From contig JAOZGC010000002.1 in the NCBI GenBank assembly GCA_027491915.1, positions 128,001 through 192,000 on the forward strand: a stretch of DNA of 64,000 bases, written 5' to 3'. A program made the translations under genes and the position numbers. Under the pieces are notes generated by a model. That model ran no database searches, was not told the DNA's origin, and worked only from the letters and a program-made list of their open reading frames with translations. The DNA is from Thermoproteota archaeon (GTDB lineage Archaea; Korarchaeota; Korarchaeia; Korarchaeales; Korarchaeaceae). How positions within the stretch are numbered: position 1 is the stretch's first letter; the number at the start of each line of letters is the position of its first letter. Below, piece after piece: positions 39,252-49,318 of the stretch.

Positions 39252-39674
39252 GTGTGGTCCGTCAAGGCGAGCGTGCCGTCTCTCTGGAGGGAGGCCCCCT
39301 CCAGATACAGGTTGGAGGCCACCGAGTGCGTCGAGTGCGGCGCCAGACACTACCCACCGAGGGAGATCTGCCCCAGGTGCGGCTCGAAGAATCTCAGGAG
39401 GGTGAGGCTGCCCGAGAGCGGGAAGGTGATCTCCTTCACCCACGTCAGGGCGCCCCTGAGGGGTTTCGAGTACTACACCCCCTTGACGCTGGCGATAATA
39501 GAGCTGGACGACGGGACCAGGATCCTAGGTCAGCTGACCGACGTCGATCCGGAAGATGTGGTCGAGGGGATGAGGGTCTCCGCGGTTATAAGGATCGTCA
39601 GGGTCAGCGGGGAGACGGGCGTCGTCTCTTACGCCCTGAAGTTCAGGCCGGAGATGCCGACTGGTGATCGCTGA
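39252..39674 (+). CDS. DUF35 Zn-ribbon/OB-fold scaffold protein
   Basis: CVECG..YPPR.ICPRC followed by OB fold; next to thiolase. Confidence 0.92.
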   Translation: MWSVKASVPSLWREAPSRYRLEATECVECGARHYPPREICPRCGSKNLRRVRLPESGKVISFTHVRAPLRGFEYYTPLTLAIIELDDGTRILGQLTDVDPEDVVEGMRVSAVIRIVRVSGETGVVSYALKFRPEMPTGDR

Positions 39675-40921
39675 GGGGGGGCGAGGGGACGGGGTCGGAT
39701 CTCGCGAGGCGGGTGCTGGCGGGCGAGCTCAGCCTGAGGAGGCTATCCGAGCTGACCACCAGCGAGAACGAGGCAGCCGAGCTGAGGAGGAAGTTCCTCG
39801 AGGACGTGACTGGGGCCGACCTGTCCCCGCTGGCAGCCCCCCAACTTAACTTCGACGAGCTGGTCGGCCGCAACATAGAGAATCCTGTGGGGGCCGCCTC
39901 CATACCCCTGGGCGTGGTGGGCCCCCTCAAGGTGGAGGGAGACTACGCCAGGGGGGTTTTCTTCCCCGTGCTAGCCACCAGCGAGGGAGCCCTGGTCGCC
40001 TCGGTCAACAGGGGCGTCGCGGCCATCCACAAATCGGGAGGTGCGAGGGCGGCTGTTCTAAATGACGAGATGACCAGGGCGCCGCTCATCAAGACGAGCG
40101 GACTCGGAGAGTCGCTGAGGATAGCCAGGTGGGTGGAGGACAACCTGACCCTACTCCAAGAGGAGGTCTCCGAGGTGACCCGCCACGGGAGGCTCATCGG
40201 GGTTAGGGCCTTTCCCCACGGCAGGAATCTCTTCCTCAGGCTGAGGTTCTCGACGGGGGACGCCATGGGGATGAACATGGTTACCATAGCCTCGGAGAGA
40301 ATAGTCCGCAGGATAATGGAGGAGTTCCCCGGGGTGATCGAGGTGGCCCTCAGCGGCAACCTGTGCACGGACAAGAAGCCGGCCGCGGTAAACTGGGTGT
40401 CAGGCAGAGGTAAGACCGTGGCGGCGGAGGCCGTCATAGGCAGGAGGATAGTATCCTCCGTCTTGAAGACCTCCCCCGAGGAGATCTTCGAGGTGTACTG
40501 GAGGAAGAATCTCCTGGGATCGGCGGCCGCCGGGACCCTGGGGGGCTTCAACGCCCACTTCGCCAACATAGTGGCGGCCATGTTCGCCGCCTACGGCCAA
40601 GATCTGGCCCAGGTGGTCGAGTCCAGCATGGGAATCAGCGTCTTCGAACTGACAGAGCGAGGGGACCTCTACTCCTCGGTAATCCTGCCGTCCCTGGAAG
40701 TCGGCACCGTTGGAGGCGGGACCCGCCTGCCGCACGCCAGGGCCGCCCTCTCAGCGTTGGGGTGCCTCGGCGGGGGGAGACCTCCCGGTTCCAACGCCAA
40801 GAAGTTCGCGGAGATAGTCGCCGCCACGGTCCTGGCTGGGGAGCTCTCGCTCCTGGCCTCCCTGGCGGAGGGCAGCCTCGCCCGGAGTCACAGGATGTTG
40901 GGCAGGGGGGGCCAACTTTAA
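39671..40921 (+). CDS. hmgA: HMG-CoA reductase (class I, NADPH), probable CTG start
   Basis: NIENPVG, LATSEGALVASVNRG, TGDAMGMNM, SGNLCTDKK, GQDLAQ, VGTVGGGT. Confidence 0.95.
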   Translation: MRGGEGTGSDLARRVLAGELSLRRLSELTTSENEAAELRRKFLEDVTGADLSPLAAPQLNFDELVGRNIENPVGAASIPLGVVGPLKVEGDYARGVFFPVLATSEGALVASVNRGVAAIHKSGGARAAVLNDEMTRAPLIKTSGLGESLRIARWVEDNLTLLQEEVSEVTRHGRLIGVRAFPHGRNLFLRLRFSTGDAMGMNMVTIASERIVRRIMEEFPGVIEVALSGNLCTDKKPAAVNWVSGRGKTVAAEAVIGRRIVSSVLKTSPEEIFEVYWRKNLLGSAAAGTLGGFNAHFANIVAAMFAAYGQDLAQVVESSMGISVFELTERGDLYSSVILPSLEVGTVGGGTRLPHARAALSALGCLGGGRPPGSNAKKFAEIVAATVLAGELSLLASLAEGSLARSHRMLGRGGQL

Positions 40922-40945
40922 TCCCAGGGGAGGAGAGATCGAGGG

Positions 40946-42292
40946 ATGGGTCTCTCCTACAGGGGAAGGGCGAGGGCCCTATTGGAGGAAGCCGGGGCTG
41001 AGGACTACGACCTGTTGGAAATGAGGACCGGATCTCGGAAGCTCTCCGGGATCCTGATGCCGAGACCTGAGATACTGGACGATGAGCACGTCGTGATCAA
41101 GTTGGACAACGGCTACAACATGGGAGTAGCCGTCGCCAAGATCTCGGGCGTCAGAGTGCTCAGGAAGGGCGGCGCGGCCCCTGAGCGCAGGCCGCCCGCC
41201 CCGTCTGCCCCCCGTGGAGGCCTTCCCAAGGTCTCCATACTGGCCACCGGCGGGACCATAGCCTCGAGGGTCGAGTATTCCACCGGCGCCGTCAGGCCGA
41301 CCGAGAGTCCTGAGGAGCTCTTGGATCTCATCCCAGAGATGGGAGAGGCGGCCGACGTGTCCTATAAGTCCATAATGGCGGTCTTCAGCGAGGACATCTC
41401 CCCGGAAGACTGGGTCGAGATAGCCCGCGCCGCCGCCTCGGAACTAAACTCGGGGGCCTCCGGAGTGGTGGTGGCCCACGGCACCGACACCATGCACTAC
41501 ACGGCGGCGGCCCTCTCCTTCCTCCTCCAGAATCTCACGAAACCCGTGATCCTCGTGGGGGCTCAGAGATCCATAGACAGACCCAGCACCGACGCCGTGC
41601 TGAACCTCTCCTCCGCCGTGAGGATGGCGGCCTACGGTCCGGCGGCCGAGGTCATGATAGTGATGCACGGGAGCACGTCCGACGACTTTGCCTTTGCCAT
41701 AAGGGGGGTTAAGGCCAGGAAGATGCACACCTCGAGGAGGGACGCGTTCCTCCCGGTGAACGAACCCCCCATCGCCGTCATATCCTCGGGGGGTGACATA
41801 GAGATCACGGGGAGGATAAGGCGTCGGAGGGGGAGTGGGAAGGTGGACGTCGACCCCAGGATAGAACCCAGGGTGGCCCTGATATACGCGTGGCCCTCCA
41901 TTACTGGAGATTACCTGCGGGCGGTATCATCCTCCGGATATGAGGGGGTGGTCATAGCGGGCACCGGCCTGGGCCACGTGCCAAATAGGATCATCTCCGA
42001 GATAGGGGAGCTCGTGGACTCCGGAATCCCCGTGGTGATATCCTCCCAGTGCCTCTTCGGGAGGGTGAACCTGAGGGTCTACTCCACGGGTCGGAGGCTG
42101 CTGGCCGCCGGGGCTATCCCGGCGGGGGACATGCTCCCGGAGGTGGCCACGGTTAAGCTGATGGTCGGGCTGGGGAGGGGATACCGGGGCGACGAGCTGA
42201 GGGAGTTCATGACCTCCAACATCGCCGGGGAGATCTCCGAGTCGATTCCCCCAAACTCCTTCCCGCCGTGCTATCGCCCGGGGGCGATATAG
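40946..42292 (+). CDS. gatD: Glu-tRNA(Gln) amidotransferase subunit D
   Basis: KLDNGYN, TGGTIASRV, HGTDTMHY, GAQRS.DRPS, RKMHTSRRDAF. Confidence 0.96.
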   Translation: MGLSYRGRARALLEEAGAEDYDLLEMRTGSRKLSGILMPRPEILDDEHVVIKLDNGYNMGVAVAKISGVRVLRKGGAAPERRPPAPSAPRGGLPKVSILATGGTIASRVEYSTGAVRPTESPEELLDLIPEMGEAADVSYKSIMAVFSEDISPEDWVEIARAAASELNSGASGVVVAHGTDTMHYTAAALSFLLQNLTKPVILVGAQRSIDRPSTDAVLNLSSAVRMAAYGPAAEVMIVMHGSTSDDFAFAIRGVKARKMHTSRRDAFLPVNEPPIAVISSGGDIEITGRIRRRRGSGKVDVDPRIEPRVALIYAWPSITGDYLRAVSSSGYEGVVIAGTGLGHVPNRIISEIGELVDSGIPVVISSQCLFGRVNLRVYSTGRRLLAAGAIPAGDMLPEVATVKLMVGLGRGYRGDELREFMTSNIAGEISESIPPNSFPPCYRPGAI

Positions 42293-44185
42293 TTGGTTGA
42301 CGTTCCCCGCGTCAGGGTCGGACTGGAGATACACCAGAGGCTGGCGACCCACAAGCTCTTCTGCAACTGCCCATCGGAGCTGAGAGAAGATGAGCCGGAC
42401 TACTGGGCGCGTCGCAGGCTCAGGGTGTCGTACAGCGAGCTTGGCTCCATAGACCCGGCCGCCAGATTTGAGAGTCTGAGGAACAGGACGTTCACCTACG
42501 GGGCGTACTCGGACGCCACGTGCGAGGTGGAGCTGGACGAGTCCCCTCCTCTGCCCATGAATCTCGAGGCGCTTGAGATAGCCCTGGAGGTCTCCCTGAT
42601 GCTGGGAATGGATCCCGTGGACGAGGTGCACACCATGAGGAAGATCGTGATAGACGGCAGCAACACCACGGGATTCCAGAGAACCGCCCTGGTGGCCATG
42701 GGGGGAGAGGTGAAGACGTCGAGCGGGACCGTTAGGCTGAAGACCCTATGTCTCGAGGAGGAGAGCGCCTACATAATCTCCACCGCCCCCGAGGGGGCGA
42801 CCTACAGATTGGACAGGCTCGGCATACCCCTAATAGAGCTGGCCACCGAGGCCGACATAACATCACCTTCTCAGGCCAGGGAGACGGCCTTGACCTTGGG
42901 GAGGGTGCTGAGGGCCACGGGAAAGGTGCAGAGGGGAATAGGGACGATACGGCAGGACTTAAACGTCAGCATAGAGGGAGGCGCCAGGCAGGAGATAAAG
43001 GGGGTTCAGGAGCTAGCCCTTATACCCAAGATAGTCGAGAGGGAGGCCGTGAGACAGGCCACCCTCCTGGAGCTCAGGGACAGGATAAGGGAGACCGTGG
43101 GGGAGGTTAGGGTCTCGGAGCCGAGGGACGTGACGTCGGCGCTCCTTGGGTCAAAATCTAGGTTGATAAGGAGGGCCCTCTCCAACGGTGAGAGGATCTT
43201 TGGGGTAAGGGTCGACGGCCTGGCCGGATTCCTCGGCGTCGAGATACAGCCCGGGAGGAGATTTGGGACGGAGCTCTCGGGATACGCCAAGGTTTTTGGA
43301 GGGGTAGGTGGAATAATTCACTCCGACGAGCTGCCGGGATACGGCATATCGGAGGACGAAGTGCGCGCGCTGAGGGAGGCGCTGGGGGCGGACAGGTCAG
43401 ACGCCTTCATACTGGTCCTCGCCGAGGAGGCGGCCGCCTCCACGGCCCTGGAGGCCGTGTCCGAGAGGCTGATCCAAGCGGGTCTGGGGGTCCCCGAAGA
43501 GACCAGGAGGGCCCTGCCCGACGGCAACACAGAGTTCATGAGGCCGCTTCCTGGTCCCGCCAGAATGTATCCCGAGACGGACGTTTTTCCAGTCAAAACC
43601 GGCCCGCTCATCGAGAGAATCTTGAGGAAAGGGCTTCCAGAGATGCCGGATGCGACCATCGATCGTCTGCAGAGAGAATATGGGCTGACTAGGGAGCACG
43701 CGGAGATGCTCTTGGACGAGGGGAGGGTCGGCCTGTTCGAGCGGGTGGCGGCCGCGTCGGGGAACCTATCCCCCAGGTACGTCGCGGCCATCCTGACCTC
43801 CGAGATGAGGGCCCTCAAGAGGGAGGGGGTGGATGTGGAAGGGATAGGGGAGGAATCCCTCTCCGAGATAGTGTCTCTGGTCGACTCCGGCATCCTCCCG
43901 AAGGAGGGAGTCCGCGACGCGTTGACCGAGGTGGCAGAGAGGGGACCCGCAGCCCTAGAAGATCTGCGGAGACGTAAACCGCCGTCCGAATCTGAAATAA
44001 GAGATATCGTGAGAAAGTTAATCAGGGACAACGCGGAGCTGGTCTCCCGCAGGGGCGAAAGGGCGTTCTCCCCCCTGATGGGGGAGGCTATGCGGATCCT
44101 CAGGGGGAGGGCCCCCGGTTCTCTCGTGAGCGGGATCCTTAAGGAGGAGCTGAGGAGGGCCCTCAGAGGTACCCCTCGAGGCTAA
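42293..44185 (+). CDS. gatE: Glu-tRNA(Gln) amidotransferase subunit E
   Basis: GLEIHQRL, KLFC, MRKIVIDGSNTTGFQRT, RGIGTIRQD, RPLPGPARMYPETD. Confidence 0.96.
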   Translation: MVDVPRVRVGLEIHQRLATHKLFCNCPSELREDEPDYWARRRLRVSYSELGSIDPAARFESLRNRTFTYGAYSDATCEVELDESPPLPMNLEALEIALEVSLMLGMDPVDEVHTMRKIVIDGSNTTGFQRTALVAMGGEVKTSSGTVRLKTLCLEEESAYIISTAPEGATYRLDRLGIPLIELATEADITSPSQARETALTLGRVLRATGKVQRGIGTIRQDLNVSIEGGARQEIKGVQELALIPKIVEREAVRQATLLELRDRIRETVGEVRVSEPRDVTSALLGSKSRLIRRALSNGERIFGVRVDGLAGFLGVEIQPGRRFGTELSGYAKVFGGVGGIIHSDELPGYGISEDEVRALREALGADRSDAFILVLAEEAAASTALEAVSERLIQAGLGVPEETRRALPDGNTEFMRPLPGPARMYPETDVFPVKTGPLIERILRKGLPEMPDATIDRLQREYGLTREHAEMLLDEGRVGLFERVAAASGNLSPRYVAAILTSEMRALKREGVDVEGIGEESLSEIVSLVDSGILPKEGVRDALTEVAERGPAALEDLRRRKPPSESEIRDIVRKLIRDNAELVSRRGERAFSPLMGEAMRILRGRAPGSLVSGILKEELRRALRGTPRG

Positions 44186-46652
44186 CCCTCCCCTTCCCCC
44201 GACCGGAGAGCTCGTCGAAGTCCAGGCCTAGGACGTCCAGTACCTGCTCGAAGGTGCTCCTCATGATCTCCAGGTACTTCCTAACGTCGACGTCCTCCGG
44301 CCTCGCCAGGGCGAGCGGCTTCACCCCATCCTTTCCGGTCGTCTTGACGTATTCTATGACCTCCCCGGGGAGGGGCTCTATTCCGGTAGCCTCTTTGATC
44401 ATGCGGGCAGCCTTTACGTGCTGGGGGGTCGTCTTGACGTACGATGAGATCGGCTTGGTCATAACGACCCTGAAGGAGACCTCCCCCATGTCGAACCTCC
44501 TGTCCTCCAACCTGCTCACGTACCTGGATATCACGTTCTTTATGTTCTCGATCGCCCTATCCAGATCATCCGGCGTGTGGACGGCCCTGAGCTCATCTAT
44601 GACCTCCGAGAAGGCCCTCCTCACTATCTCTGGGACGTTCCTCTTCTTTCCCAGGAGACCCTTTATGTCCACGGTGCCGTCGTCTCTGACCCCCAGGTAG
44701 TTCTTCTTCAGGCTTGAGAGTATGACGTACCTGTAGTGCTTGTCCAACTCTATGTCTATGCCGAGCCTGTCCTCTACGATCTCCTCGAACGATTCCAACT
44801 CGTCCAGATCGGCCCCCTCTATGAACAGGGAATCGGTGTCCCCGTAGATCACCCTGAGCCCCATCTCCCTCGCTATCTCGAGGGAGGTCTTTATCGCCTT
44901 CCTCCCGAGCGCCGCTATCATCTCGGCCACCGGGGGAGAGTATAGCGGGAACTTCTCATATCCGAAGACCCCGTAGGAGGCGTTCAACATGACCTTCAGG
45001 CTGCTCTGAATCACGCCGTACCAGGAGCGCTCCTCCTCAGGGATGCTCTCGTCCCTGGAAAGTCTCTTGTACCTGTAGACCCTCAGATCCCGGAGACCCC
45101 CTATCAGTCTGTGGACCAGTCCCACCTCCCTCCTCTTGCATATCCAGTGGGGGAGGGTCTCCACCGGCCTGTTCGACCTGCACTCGTCGTGGGGACAGTT
45201 TATCGTCTCAAAGGAGACCCTCCACCTCTCTATTATTGAGGGATACAGGCTGGCGAAGTCCATCACCGCGACGTCGAAGTGGGCGCCCGGGACCGGCTCC
45301 AGGACGATCGCCCCGGCGTACTTCTTACCCCTTATCGCGGCGCTGCTGTAGGTCTCGGCCCCCCTCACCCTCAGCACATCCTCCGGATTCGGTATGAGCC
45401 ATCTTCTGGACCTGTACTCCGCGTATATCATGCTCTGAATCCACTGGGATATCCCCTCCCTTGACACGTCCTCCAGCGGGAGCCTGGATATCCTGGCGAA
45501 CACGAACAGCAGCTTGAGAAGCTTGTCCCCTATGGCGGTTCCCAGCCTGTAGGTGAGCTCCGCATCCTTCAGACAATATCTCGCCAACAGCCCTGCGTCT
45601 AGGGATCCCAGGTCCTCGGACGGGAGTTCCACCTTCCCCTCCCCGAGCATGGCCTTGGATATCTCGTCCAGAGTGTGGCCAAGGTACCTGTTCCCGAACA
45701 CGTAAACCTGAACCGATCTGTTGCCGTAGAGCTTGTACAGGTCTATGTGCACCCCGGTCCTCAGGAGGGATCTGTTCCTCTCGACTATAACTGGATGCCT
45801 CTTGATGCCCAAGAACTCGGCCCTGGCGGCCAGGTATGGCAGATCAAATCCGTCTCCGTTGAACGTGAACACCACCGGGAGGCTGGAGATCCTGTCGAAG
45901 ACCTCCCTCAGGAGGTCAACCTCAGTTTCGTGGACCGCAACCCTGGCCCCATCGACCTCCTCGGGCTGACTTCCCCTCTTGAGGACGTGGACCTCCCTCA
46001 AGCCGTCTCCAACGATGGCCACCGCTATGACCGGCCTCTTGGGTTCCCTGGGATCTGGGACGTGTCCAACCGGCGTTGAAACCTCTATGTCCACGGCACC
46101 CCTGCTCATCTCGGGTACGGGGCTCTCCAGAAGCCTGGCATATCTCTCTATTATCCCTGCGGTCGTCTCGTCGCTCTTCGGCACGCCCGATAGGTCGGGA
46201 GTTTCTAGGTCGACCGGCCTGATGCGCCCGCTCCCCTCCACCTCGTAGGGGAGACCCGGAACAATCCCGGTGTCGTATATGTAAGACATGTAGTACCTTA
46301 TCCGCGCCTCCCACGCCCCCCAGCCCGATTTCCTCAGCCTCTCCCTCAGAGAGACTGGAGAGCCGCCTATGGCCAGGGGATCGGCCGCCTCCACCTTGAG
46401 AAGCCTCACCCTCCTGAGTGTCAGCGGATCCCACATCTCCACCTGACTCGCGCCCTCGATTCTGGGGGCCAGGGCGGGTCCGGCCGCCTCCCTGATCTCG
46501 CCCTCCGGGGCGTCGGTAAGCAGGTAAGGTTTGTGCCCTGTCATGTCTTTTATATTAAATATCTCTCTCTTTTCCGGATCATAAAAACGCATAACGACTC
46601 TATTTTCATTCTTATCATAATAAACAGATAGCAGAAAGGCCCTTCTCCTCAT
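44163..46652 (-). CDS. polB1: Family B DNA polymerase (PolB1/Dpo1 type)
   Basis: TGHKPYLLTD N-terminus, DIEV, FNGDGFD, DFASLYPSII, NASYG, YGDTDSLF, KKNY; no intein. Confidence 0.92.
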   Translation of the reverse strand: MRRRAFLLSVYYDKNENRVVMRFYDPEKREIFNIKDMTGHKPYLLTDAPEGEIREAAGPALAPRIEGASQVEMWDPLTLRRVRLLKVEAADPLAIGGSPVSLRERLRKSGWGAWEARIRYYMSYIYDTGIVPGLPYEVEGSGRIRPVDLETPDLSGVPKSDETTAGIIERYARLLESPVPEMSRGAVDIEVSTPVGHVPDPREPKRPVIAVAIVGDGLREVHVLKRGSQPEEVDGARVAVHETEVDLLREVFDRISSLPVVFTFNGDGFDLPYLAARAEFLGIKRHPVIVERNRSLLRTGVHIDLYKLYGNRSVQVYVFGNRYLGHTLDEISKAMLGEGKVELPSEDLGSLDAGLLARYCLKDAELTYRLGTAIGDKLLKLLFVFARISRLPLEDVSREGISQWIQSMIYAEYRSRRWLIPNPEDVLRVRGAETYSSAAIRGKKYAGAIVLEPVPGAHFDVAVMDFASLYPSIIERWRVSFETINCPHDECRSNRPVETLPHWICKRREVGLVHRLIGGLRDLRVYRYKRLSRDESIPEEERSWYGVIQSSLKVMLNASYGVFGYEKFPLYSPPVAEMIAALGRKAIKTSLEIAREMGLRVIYGDTDSLFIEGADLDELESFEEIVEDRLGIDIELDKHYRYVILSSLKKNYLGVRDDGTVDIKGLLGKKRNVPEIVRRAFSEVIDELRAVHTPDDLDRAIENIKNVISRYVSRLEDRRFDMGEVSFRVVMTKPISSYVKTTPQHVKAARMIKEATGIEPLPGEVIEYVKTTGKDGVKPLALARPEDVDVRKYLEIMRSTFEQVLDVLGLDFDELSGRGKGRVSLEGYL

Positions 46653-46746
46653 GTCGGGTTCCCCGGGCGGCGTAGTGTATAACCCCTCCCCGACCCGACA
46701 GCCCCCGCCGTGAAGCCTTTTTTAACCCCCTATCCCAGACGCCGCG

Positions 46747-47775
46747 GTGCTGCCCTTGAGAGAGACCAAAAATATAATCACATATTTGATGTTATTTATG
46801 ACAATAATTACTCTCTACCCCTTAGCAAAAGCATTTTCACAGCCTTTGATAGGTTCGTTCGCTCCGTTCAGGGACGAGTCCTACATCCAGATAACCTTCG
46901 ACGAGAGCATGGTGGGCAGGGTGACCGCCAACATCCTGAGGCCCCTGAGCTACGCCGACGTGGCCAACTTCAACCAACTGGGGATTCCCATCCTCCCAGG
47001 TATGATGTACAACGCCACCATAGAGTTGAAGAGACAGGGAACGAAGCTCAAGGGGAACTACACTCTGGCAATGGCTCCCGTGCCGGCGCCCAACAACGAC
47101 CTGGACCTGGCCATGAAACTCTATGCACAGCTCCAATCCTCCGGCTCCCCGTACCTGATCTTCAATCAGCTGATGTCCGCCCTCTACGGTCAGGACGTCC
47201 TGTCCATACCAAGGCCCTCGGTAGCGCTCACCCAGACGAACGTGAGCATATCTGGCCCGGCCGTGCGCAAGCACTATGTTTTGGTTAAGGGATTGCTACT
47301 GACGGCCCCCGTTTCTTGCAACACTCCATTTATTGACACCCTTAAAGTGAGATATTATCTCGCAATAATGCCAGAAATACAACCTAATTGGACCGGCTAC
47401 ATAAAGTACCGCGTCAACATGAAGACCCTGGAGATGGGAGGTCCCTACCCCGTCTCCGAGGAGTCGGGGAGGATGTCCCTGAACCTGGATCCGATCTTGA
47501 CCCTTCTCCCGAAGGGGGCAACCTCTACAATATACTTGGCCTTCTCCGATCCCTCCCTCAGGATTGTCGGCGGGCAGCCACGTCCTAAACTGACGATATG
47601 GAACTCCGGGGTCTGGCAGTATGATCCGGTTCTGTCCCAGCCCACCCTAGTGGTGGAGGCCGTCAGGTGGGGGGGAGAACCCGGAGGCCTTGATTGGCTC
47701 ACCGCGGCCGCGGTCGTCCCGCCAGTGGCGGCCGGCGCCTACCTGGCGTACACCCTGAGGAGGAGGGCATCCTAG
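46747..47775 (+). CDS. Hypothetical secreted/membrane-anchored protein
   Basis: Hydrophobic N-terminal signal-like segment; C-terminal TM followed by RRR. Confidence 0.7.
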   Translation: MLPLRETKNIITYLMLFMTIITLYPLAKAFSQPLIGSFAPFRDESYIQITFDESMVGRVTANILRPLSYADVANFNQLGIPILPGMMYNATIELKRQGTKLKGNYTLAMAPVPAPNNDLDLAMKLYAQLQSSGSPYLIFNQLMSALYGQDVLSIPRPSVALTQTNVSISGPAVRKHYVLVKGLLLTAPVSCNTPFIDTLKVRYYLAIMPEIQPNWTGYIKYRVNMKTLEMGGPYPVSEESGRMSLNLDPILTLLPKGATSTIYLAFSDPSLRIVGGQPRPKLTIWNSGVWQYDPVLSQPTLVVEAVRWGGEPGGLDWLTAAAVVPPVAAGAYLAYTLRRRAS

Positions 47776-47830
47776 CGAGCCTTTAAATACCCCGGCCCGA
47801 TCGGGGACGGCGATAAGGGGAGGAGGTCCC

Positions 47831-48292
47831 TTGGGAAGATACGGCTACTCCAGGCCCCCAAGAGGCGAGGGGGAGGTTGCGGCCTCCGCCACCGACCTAG
47901 ACGTCTCCTACAAGGAGATGGTCGAATTATGCCGGTACCTCCGAGGTATGAGGTTGGAGGAGGCCAAGAGGGCCCTCGAGGAGATAGCGGCCCTCAGAAG
48001 GCCGGTCCCCTTCAGGAGATTTCACGGTGGGGTGGGACACAGGAGAGGTCTGACGGGGTGGAAGGCCGGCAGGTATCCTCGAAAGGCGGCAACGATGATG
48101 CTGAAGCTCTTGGCCTCGGCTGAGGCGAACGCGGTCGACAGGGGCCTGGACAGGGGGTCTCTGAGGGTGATCCACGCCGCCGCCCACAAGAGCAGGAATA
48201 TCCGCTCCTTCTTCCCAAGGGCCCAGGGCAGGGCCACCCCTAAGACGAGGCAGATGGTCCGCGTTGAGGTTATTTTGGGTGGGTCCAAATGA
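47831..48292 (+). CDS. rpl22: 50S ribosomal protein uL22
   Basis: VPFRRF, VGHRRG, GRYPRKA, PRAQGRA. Confidence 0.96.
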   Translation: MGRYGYSRPPRGEGEVAASATDLDVSYKEMVELCRYLRGMRLEEAKRALEEIAALRRPVPFRRFHGGVGHRRGLTGWKAGRYPRKAATMMLKLLASAEANAVDRGLDRGSLRVIHAAAHKSRNIRSFFPRAQGRATPKTRQMVRVEVILGGSK

Positions 48293-49191
48293 GCGAGGGA
48301 GAGGCGTCTCCTATTCGCAGATCTCCTGTGTACAGGAGATTCGTGGAAGAAGGCTGGATAAGATCGCAGGTTTTTGAGTTCCTTGAATCAGAATTCGAGA
48401 GGGCCGGTTTTCACCGAGCCGACGTGGTCACCACTCCTATGAGGGACGTCGTTACGGTCCACGTGGAGAGACCCGGCATAGTCATAGGAAAGGGGGGGAG
48501 GAGGTCTAAGAGGCTCGCGGACGTCATGAAGAAGAGGTTCGGCTTCGAGAATCCCTACATAAAGGCTGTCAAGATAGAGGAGCCCTTCCTGAGCGCCAGG
48601 GTGGTCGCTGGCTACATCGCCCGGAGAATAATGAAGGGAGACAGGCACAAGAGGGTGGCCTACTCCGCCCTGAGGAGGGTAATGGCCGCAGGCGCCAGCG
48701 GAGTTGAGATAAGGCTATCCGGAAAGTTCGGGAGCGACAGGGCGAGGGAGGAGCGGTTCAGAGCCGGCGTCATCTACCGCTGCGGGGAGCACGCCAAGAC
48801 CCACATAGACTACGCCGTCAAGCACGTCATGCTCCCCCAGGGGGTATTGGGAGTCAGGGTTCGGATAGCCAGGCCCTTGGAGAGGCCTCCCGACACGGTG
48901 AATGTGCTTCATGAGGAAATAGAGTCTCTAATTGAAAGTCTCCGCGAGGAGGCTGCCGAGACTCCAGTTGGGGAGGAGGCGATCGAGACCCCGTTCCCCG
49001 TCGAGGGGGCAGCGGGGGTGGGGAGCTCCCCCGGAGCCGGGAGGGATGTCGGCATCGGGGAGGGGGGAGGATCTGGGGAGGTGGAGTCCGTCTCCCTTGG
49101 AGGTGATGTGGGTGCCGTCGAGGAGGGCGGAGGAGCTGAGGAGCCTGAGCAGGGAGGAACTGGAGGAGAAGCTGAGGGAACTCAGGAGTAG
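48289..49191 (+). CDS. rps3: 30S ribosomal protein uS3 with acidic C-terminal tail
   Basis: RPGIVIGKGG KH motif, GASGVEIRLSGK, GVLGVRVRI. Confidence 0.95.
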   Translation: MSEGEASPIRRSPVYRRFVEEGWIRSQVFEFLESEFERAGFHRADVVTTPMRDVVTVHVERPGIVIGKGGRRSKRLADVMKKRFGFENPYIKAVKIEEPFLSARVVAGYIARRIMKGDRHKRVAYSALRRVMAAGASGVEIRLSGKFGSDRAREERFRAGVIYRCGEHAKTHIDYAVKHVMLPQGVLGVRVRIARPLERPPDTVNVLHEEIESLIESLREEAAETPVGEEAIETPFPVEGAAGVGSSPGAGRDVGIGEGGGSGEVESVSLGGDVGAVEEGGGAEEPEQGGTGGEAEGTQE

Positions 49192-49318
49192 GCTCTTCTT
49201 CGAGATAGAGTCCAAGCTCGCTGTGGGGGCCCCTCCTGAGAAGTTGCACGTCAGGAGACAAATCAGGAGGGAGATAGCTAGGATTTTAACTATAATGAAG
49301 GAGAAAGGATACAGATGA
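49112..49318 (+). CDS. rpl29: 50S ribosomal protein uL29
   Basis: AEELRSLSREELEEKLRELR, IRREIARILT; GGAGGTGA RBS at ~49099. Confidence 0.92.
   Translation: MPSRRAEELRSLSREELEEKLRELRSRLFFEIESKLAVGAPPEKLHVRRQIRREIARILTIMKEKGYR

Noticed and set aside
44163-46652. Intein in the DNA polymerase
   Set aside because: Length (829 aa) and contiguous polymerase motifs leave no room for an insertion
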